Assembly (NCBI RefSeq): GCF_003334815.1
Contig: NZ_QOWO01000002.1
Length of the DNA: 64,000 bases
Origin: Escherichia coli
GTDB taxonomy: Bacteria > Pseudomonadota > Gammaproteobacteria > Enterobacterales > Enterobacteriaceae
Reading direction: 5' to 3' (one strand)
Numbering within the stretch: the first letter of the stretch is position 1; every line of letters starts with the position of its first letter. The notes beneath the pieces were generated by a model. It did no database searches, had not been told where the DNA came from, and saw only the letters and a list, made by a program, of their open reading frames with translations. The position numbers and the translations under genes were made by a program. Below, in pieces: positions 58,691-64,000 of this stretch.

Positions 58691-59659
58691 TTATGCGAGA
58701 ACCAAATCCCCCTGCGGATGGCAGGAGCAGGCCAGTACGTAACCTTCAGCGATTTCGGCGTCGGTCAGCGTCATTGTGCTGCTCACCGTATATTCACCGG
58801 AAACCACTTTTGTCTTACAGCAGCCGCAAACACCCGCACGGCAGGCAGCGACAACCGGAACGTTATTGCTTTCCAGCGCCTCCAGTAGCGTGGTGCCAAC
58901 CGGGGCGTAAAATTCTCGTGCCGGTTGCAGTTTGGTGAATTTCAGACCGCTGGTCGCCGCTTCTGCTACTGGGGTGAAGAATTTCTCTTTAAAGAAACGC
59001 GTCACGCCGAGCGCTTTCACTTCCTGCTCTACCCAATCCATATACGGAGCCGGGCCGCAGGTCATCACGGTACGTGAAGCTAAGTCAGGTACACCTGCCA
59101 GCAGTTCGCGAGTGAGACGACCAGCGATAAAGCCTTCGGTAACGTTATTTTCTGCCACCAGCGTTACCGGATAGTTACGCCACTCATCGGCGAAAATAAC
59201 ATCCTGCGGCGTACGCACGTTGTAGATCACCCGCACATCGGCCTGTGGACGGTTCTTCGCAAGCCAGCGACGCATCGACATAATCGGCGTGACGCCGCAG
59301 CCTGCCGCCAGCAACAGGAATTTATCTTCTGCTTTATCGTCGCAGGTAAATTCCCCCATCGCGTCCGAAAGCCAGAGATAATCACCGCGTTTTACATCGC
59401 GCGTCAGCCACTGGGAGCCGACACCGTCATCAATCCGCCGCACGGTCAGGGTGATATATTCACTCACGCCTGGCGTGGAGGAAATGGTGTAAGCACGCAG
59501 CGTTTCCGCTGAGTTTCGCACGCTGACCAGTGCATATTGCCCGGCGCGATATGGGTAGTAATCGTGGCAAATCAGGGAAATCGTCCACACATCCGGCGTT
59601 TCTTGCGTAATGTGATGAACCTGCATCCGCCACGGGCATTGATTCGTTGGCATCGTCAT
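58691..59659 (-). CDS. hcr: NADH oxidoreductase Hcr (FAD/NAD-binding with C-terminal 2Fe-2S ferredoxin domain), 322 aa
   Basis: ATG at 59659 gives MTMPTNQCPWRMQVHHI; C-terminal cysteine cluster CRAGVCGCC; 11 nt downstream of hcp. Confidence 0.92.
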   Translation of the reverse strand: MTMPTNQCPWRMQVHHITQETPDVWTISLICHDYYPYRAGQYALVSVRNSAETLRAYTISSTPGVSEYITLTVRRIDDGVGSQWLTRDVKRGDYLWLSDAMGEFTCDDKAEDKFLLLAAGCGVTPIMSMRRWLAKNRPQADVRVIYNVRTPQDVIFADEWRNYPVTLVAENNVTEGFIAGRLTRELLAGVPDLASRTVMTCGPAPYMDWVEQEVKALGVTRFFKEKFFTPVAEAATSGLKFTKLQPAREFYAPVGTTLLEALESNNVPVVAACRAGVCGCCKTKVVSGEYTVSSTMTLTDAEIAEGYVLACSCHPQGDLVLA

Positions 59660-59670
59660 CGACAAACTCC

Positions 59671-61323
59671 TTACGCGCTCAACAGTTGCTTCATGTCTTC
59701 TTCAACAGTGGTGATAGAACGCAGGCCGAATTTCTCGTTCAGCACCGCCAGCAGGTCTGGTGTCAGGAAACCAGGTGCAGTCGGGCCGGTGACGATATTT
59801 TTCACGCCCAGAGAAAGCAGCGTCAGCAGAATGACGATCGCTTTCTGTTCAAACCAGGAGAGCACCAGCGACAGCGGCAGATCGTTGACACCGCAGCCCA
59901 GTTTCTCTGCCAGAGTGACAGCCAGAATAATCGCTGAGTAAGCATCGTTACATTGACCTGCATCTACCAGACGCGGCAGACCTTCGATATCGCCAAACTC
60001 AAGTTTGTTAAAGCGATATTTACCACAGGCGAGGGTCAGGATCAGGCAGTCATCCGGCACGCTGGTGGCGAAATCGGTGAAGTAGTGGCGCTCGCCGCGT
60101 GCGCCGTCACAGCCACCAAGCAGGAAGATATGACGCAGTTTTTCACGGCTCACCAGATCAATCAGCGTATCAGCAGCGCCAAGCAGCGTCTGGCGACCAA
60201 AACCCACGGTGATAAGGTGCGGAATTTCGCTGTACGGGAAGCCTGCCATCTGTTGCGCCTGGGTGATAACCGCAGAGAAATCATCACCGTCCAGATGACG
60301 CACGCCAGGCCAGCCAACAATGCTGCGGGTCCAGATACGATCGTCATAAGCGCCTACGGTTGGGTCGATGATGCAGTTCGAGGTCATCACGATGGGGCCA
60401 GGGAAACGAGCGAACTCCACTTGCTGATTCTGCCAGCCGCTGCCGTAGTTACCGACCAGATGCTTGAATTTACGCAGCTCCGGGTAGCCATGCGCAGGCA
60501 GCATTTCGCCGTGGGTGTAGACATTAACGCCCGTGCCTTCGGTCTGTTCCAGCAGGTTGTAGAGATCTTTGAGATCGTGACCGGAAATCAGAATGCATTT
60601 ACCCGCCGTCGCTTTGACGTTGACCTGGGTTGGCGTCGGGTGACCGTATTTACCGGTTTCGCCTGCATCCAGAATGCTCATCACTTTGAAGTTCATCTGG
60701 CCGATTTCCATTGAACACTCAAGAAGCGCGTTCATATCGGCAGGCCAGGTCCCCAGCCACGCCATGATTTTATGGTACTGGGCATAAATATCGTTGTCGT
60801 ATTGACCGAGAACATGCGCGTGTTCCATATAGGCCGCCGCACCTTTCAGGCCATACAGGCACAGCAGACGCAGGCCGAGAATGTTTTCGCCAATCGCCGC
60901 TTTATCTTTGTTAGGGGTAAATTCTGCTGCCTGACGTTGCAGCTCGCCGAGATCGTCGCTCACCAGTTGCAGGTCAGCCATCGGGTTATCGACGCGCGCG
61001 TTGGCATCTACAGCCAGGCATTGCGCTTTCAGCGCCTCGCGCAGGGCAATCGCTTCACGAGCGTAGCCGACAATACGCGGAGAATCGAAGTTAACGTTGG
61101 TCAGGGTTGAGAAAAAGGCACGTGGCGCGAAGCTGTCAACATCGTGGTTGATGATGCCGTATTCACGCGCTTTTACCGCCCAGGCAGAAAGCCCTTGCAG
61201 CGCCGCGATGAGTAAATCCTGAAGGTCAGAAGTTTCCGCCGTTTTACCACACATCCCCTGCGCGTATGAGCAGCCGTTTCCTGCCGGAGTACGGATAGTT
61301 TGTTCACATTGCACACAAAACAT
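59671..61323 (-). CDS. hcp: hybrid-cluster protein / hydroxylamine reductase Hcp, 550 aa
   Basis: ATG at 61323 gives [27 protein letters not shown] (N-terminal cysteine cluster); track ORF starts at a GTG two codons upstream. Confidence 0.93.
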
Positions 61324-61334
61324 GATCACACCTT

Positions 61335-61435
61335 TTAAAGTTATATTTAATATACATGTTTAAGGTTAAGACGCTTAACGCGGGGATAAAAGGGATTTTT
61401 CATGCAACTTTAAGGGAGATTGATTTAGCGCAATT
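61335..61435 (-). promoter_or_regulatory. hcp promoter region with putative NsrR-type AT-rich palindrome and FNR-like box
   Basis: aacatgtatattaaatataac (about 61340-61362) resembles NsrR operators; ttgatttagcgcaa (61421-61434) resembles an FNR half-matched TTGAT-N4-ATCAA box; assignment from motif resemblance only. Confidence 0.4.
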
Positions 61436-61466
61436 TTGGCGGCAGGGATCTACCGCCAGAGAGGTA

Positions 61467-62366
61467 TTACGCAGAGAAAAAGGCGATGAGGATCGGCACT
61501 AACAGGCTAAGAATAAAACCGTGAACAATTGCCGCCGGGACCATATCCAGCCCGCCAGTACGTTGAAGAACGGGCAGGGTGAAATCCATTGATGTGGCAC
61601 CGCATAAGCCCAGTGCAGTAGAGCGGCTGCGGCGAATCAGCCCAGGGATCAACATAATAGCAATCAGTTCACGGGCCAGATCATTAAAAAACGCCGCGCT
61701 CCCGATTACCGGACCAAAAGATTCGGTCAATAAAATACCGGAAAGAGAATACCAGCCGAAACCGGAGGCCATTGCCAGCGCGGTATTGATGGGGAGATCA
61801 AGAATAAAGGCGTTAATTAAACCACCAATTAATGAACTGACAACCACCACCACGGCGACAATCATTCCCCGGCGATTAAGGACAATCTGCTTTAAGGTCA
61901 TGCCATTATTGCGCAACTGAATACCAACGAGGAAAAGTAGCAAAATTAACGTGTATTCACTGGCTTCGGTCGCGTGTTGTAAGAAAGCCAGTCCACTTAG
62001 ACCAATGGCAAAACCAATCACTACTACGCCGCACAGTTTTAGCGACTCCAGCGCCATCGCAATACGCGACGGGAGTTTTTCTTGCTGATGGTGGTTGCGC
62101 CACGGCAGGCCTCGCTCCAGCCACATCAGGGCGGCAATATTACACAGTAAAATAACGGTAATACTGACGGCAGAATAATGCAGAATCGCCAACAGGTTAC
62201 TGGCGAGGTTATCGAGAAACGCCAGACTGATACCCATAAAAAAGAGAATAAGGTAAACCATCCAGCTTAATAGCTGATTAATAACTTTTAACGCAGCTTG
62301 TTGGCGAAGCGGAATGAGGTAACCCACAATCAGGGGAACCAGAATGATTAACAGCCCAGAAAACAT
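61467..62366 (-). CDS. lysO: lysine exporter LysO (YbjE), 299 aa
   Basis: ATG at 62366 gives MFSGLLIILVPLIVGYLIP; track ORF starts 16 codons upstream. Confidence 0.9.
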   Translation of the reverse strand: MFSGLLIILVPLIVGYLIPLRQQAALKVINQLLSWMVYLILFFMGISLAFLDNLASNLLAILHYSAVSITVILLCNIAALMWLERGLPWRNHHQQEKLPSRIAMALESLKLCGVVVIGFAIGLSGLAFLQHATEASEYTLILLLFLVGIQLRNNGMTLKQIVLNRRGMIVAVVVVVSSLIGGLINAFILDLPINTALAMASGFGWYSLSGILLTESFGPVIGSAAFFNDLARELIAIMLIPGLIRRSRSTALGLCGATSMDFTLPVLQRTGGLDMVPAAIVHGFILSLLVPILIAFFSA

Positions 62367-62821
62367 GAAAACCCAGTCCTTGCAAAGATGAAGTCGAAAT
62401 GCGCGATGACACACTACTGAAAGCGGAAGGACGAGTAAAGTTGCAATTAAAAGGAAATGTTATGCATAAGGAGCAGTAGAGTATTCGTTTTCATTTAAAG
62501 ATATTCTTGCGCTTTAATTACAAACTGCACCGATGTTGGTGGCGTCAAAATCGCCGAGGCGTTCCCTGAAGGCCGGGGCAGCCCACATGGATGTGGGCTG
62601 AGGGCGCGTTTTACAGGGATGTTACCTCGCGCCCGACCCGGTAGCCGTAAGGGATAAGTCGAGGGCACCGCGCAGCGGCGATTTTGTTCGCCAGAGCCCG
62701 GGGGTGCAGGGGGCGGCGGCGATTGGCCGCCCCCTGCGCGCTCCTTGCGCCAGTGGCAATATGTTGCTTAGCTCATGAAAGGAGCGCAACAAGATGATGA
62801 ATCAACATATAACAACATCTT

Positions 62822-62850
62822 AAAAAAAGGCCTGACATTACGCCAGGCCT
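62822..62850 (-). terminator. rho-independent terminator of aqpZ
   Basis: Minus-strand hairpin aggcctg-gcgtaatgt-caggcct followed by ttttttt, directly after the aqpZ stop. Confidence 0.8.
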
Positions 62851-62860
62851 TCTGCGTTAA

Positions 62861-63556
62861 TTAATCACGCTTTTCCAGCAGGGTCCGGTAAATCAGACCA
62901 CCGATAATGCCGCCGACAATTGGCACCACCCAGAAGAACCACAGTTGTTCTAATGCCCAGCCGCCCTGGAAGATAGCAACCGCGGTGCTGCGCGCCGGGT
63001 TAACAGAAGTGTTAGTCACCGGAATACTAATTAAGTGAATCAGGGTTAAGGCCAGACCAATAGCGATCGGCGCAAAACCTGCCGGCGCGAATTTGTCGGT
63101 TGCGCCGTGGATCACCAACAGGAAACCTGCACTCAATACCAGTTCAACTACCAGCGCGGAAAGCATGGAATAACCGCCTGGTGAATGCTCGCCATAACCG
63201 TTAGAAGCAAAACCGCTGGCTGCCGCGTCAAAACCCGTTTTACCACTGGCAATTAAATACAGCAGCGCCGCTGCAACAATACCGCCGACAACCTGGGCAA
63301 TTACGTAGCCAACGACTTCTTTTGCCGGAAAACGTCCGCCAGCCCATAAACCAATAGTGACCGCCGGGTTAAAATGACCACCAGAAATATGACCAACAGC
63401 AAAGGCCATCGTCAGAACGGTCAGACCGAACGCCAACGCCACGCCGGCAAAACCAATGCCTAATTCCGGGAAGCCTGCGGCCAGTACAGCACTACCACAG
63501 CCACCAAAAACAAGCCAGAAAGTACCAAAACATTCAGCTGCTAATTTTCTGAACAT
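62861..63556 (-). CDS. aqpZ: aquaporin Z (AqpZ), 231 aa
   Basis: ATG at 63556 gives [19 protein letters not shown]; both NPA motifs (HFNPAVT and SVNPARS) present. Confidence 0.95.
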   Translation of the reverse strand: MFRKLAAECFGTFWLVFGGCGSAVLAAGFPELGIGFAGVALAFGLTVLTMAFAVGHISGGHFNPAVTIGLWAGGRFPAKEVVGYVIAQVVGGIVAAALLYLIASGKTGFDAAASGFASNGYGEHSPGGYSMLSALVVELVLSAGFLLVIHGATDKFAPAGFAPIAIGLALTLIHLISIPVTNTSVNPARSTAVAIFQGGWALEQLWFFWVVPIVGGIIGGLIYRTLLEKRD

Positions 63557-63981
63557 ATCCACCTCAATTAAAAATTGACCCTGTGAAAAATATGGTCGTT
63601 TTATAGGGTCGTCGTAAAAAAGTGACGACGGAAATAATGCGCGGCTATTTTAAAAACGAAGGCGAGTCATTCACCAGATAAATAAATCCAGTAAATTTGA
63701 TTTAGGGCAACAGCGGGTTGCCCCATATAGTCATTTGTCTGATTGACAGTGTAGTGCACGCAAAAGATTTAATCCTTTAGGCGTAATAAAAAATAATTTA
63801 TCATGCTAATTATTTGATTTTGTTGTTTTTGCAGACTTATCAGCAAGAGGGAGTATAACGCGATTATTCGCTCATTTTTCAGACATTTGCCATGCTTAAA
63901 TGTGATGTCATCACGTATTAGCAAGGCCTTTCCCGTTATACTGCCAGCGTAAAGGATAAGTCACATATTTCTGGAGGGGAT

Positions 63982-64000
63982 ATGATTCTTGAGCGCGTTG
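63982..64000 (+). CDS. ybjD: start of ybjD (first 6 codons only; gene continues beyond the window)
   Basis: ATG at 63982 preceded by SD ggagggg; reads MILERV, consistent with my recollection of the YbjD N-terminus and the K-12 gene order after aqpZ. Confidence 0.4.

Noticed and set aside
62527-62760. GC-rich palindromic block considered as a retron msr/msd, lysine riboswitch or tRNA-like element
   Set aside because: No reverse-transcriptase gene or any ORF nearby; I could not recognise L-box conserved segments or a tRNA cloverleaf; kept only as an unclassified structured element in the findings.
62776-62868. 31-codon plus-strand ORF ([29 protein letters not shown]) between lysO and aqpZ
   Set aside because: No SD; its 3' half is simply the aqpZ terminator hairpin read on the opposite strand; probably not expressed.

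Overview
This 64-kb window reads as one contiguous, syntenic stretch of Escherichia coli K-12-type core chromosome, running from the first codons of opgE through mntS-mntR-ybiR, ldtB, ybiT, ybiU-ybiV-ybiW-ybiY, fsaA, moeBA, iaaA-gsiABCD, pdeI-dgcI, rimO, bssR, yliI, gstB, dacC, deoR, ybjG, mdfA, ybjH-I-J, rcdA, rybB, ybjL, ybjM, grxA, ybjC-nfsA-rimK-ybjN, potFGHI, ybjO, rlmC, artJ, artPIQM, ybjP, ybjQ-amiD, ybjS, ybjT, ltaE, poxB, hcp-hcr, lysO and aqpZ to the start of ybjD. Gene calls rest on the supplied six-frame track plus my recall of protein sequences, lengths and gene order; no search could be run. I find no prophage, IS element, integrase, CRISPR array, tRNA/rRNA gene or foreign-looking island, and no evidence of an undescribed multi-gene system: this is an ordinary housekeeping region. 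Three things deserve a second look: (1) grxA is broken by a 1-nt deletion just upstream of the CPYC active-site codons; (2) an exact 13-bp motif TTTCGAATGAAAG occurs three times, only in the promoter regions of the ybiU / ybiV / ybiY-fsaA cluster; (3) a roughly 230-bp GC-rich block with three strong inverted repeats sits between lysO and aqpZ. Two known genes invisible to the ORF track (the 42-codon mntS and the sRNA rybB) are annotated from the raw sequence.
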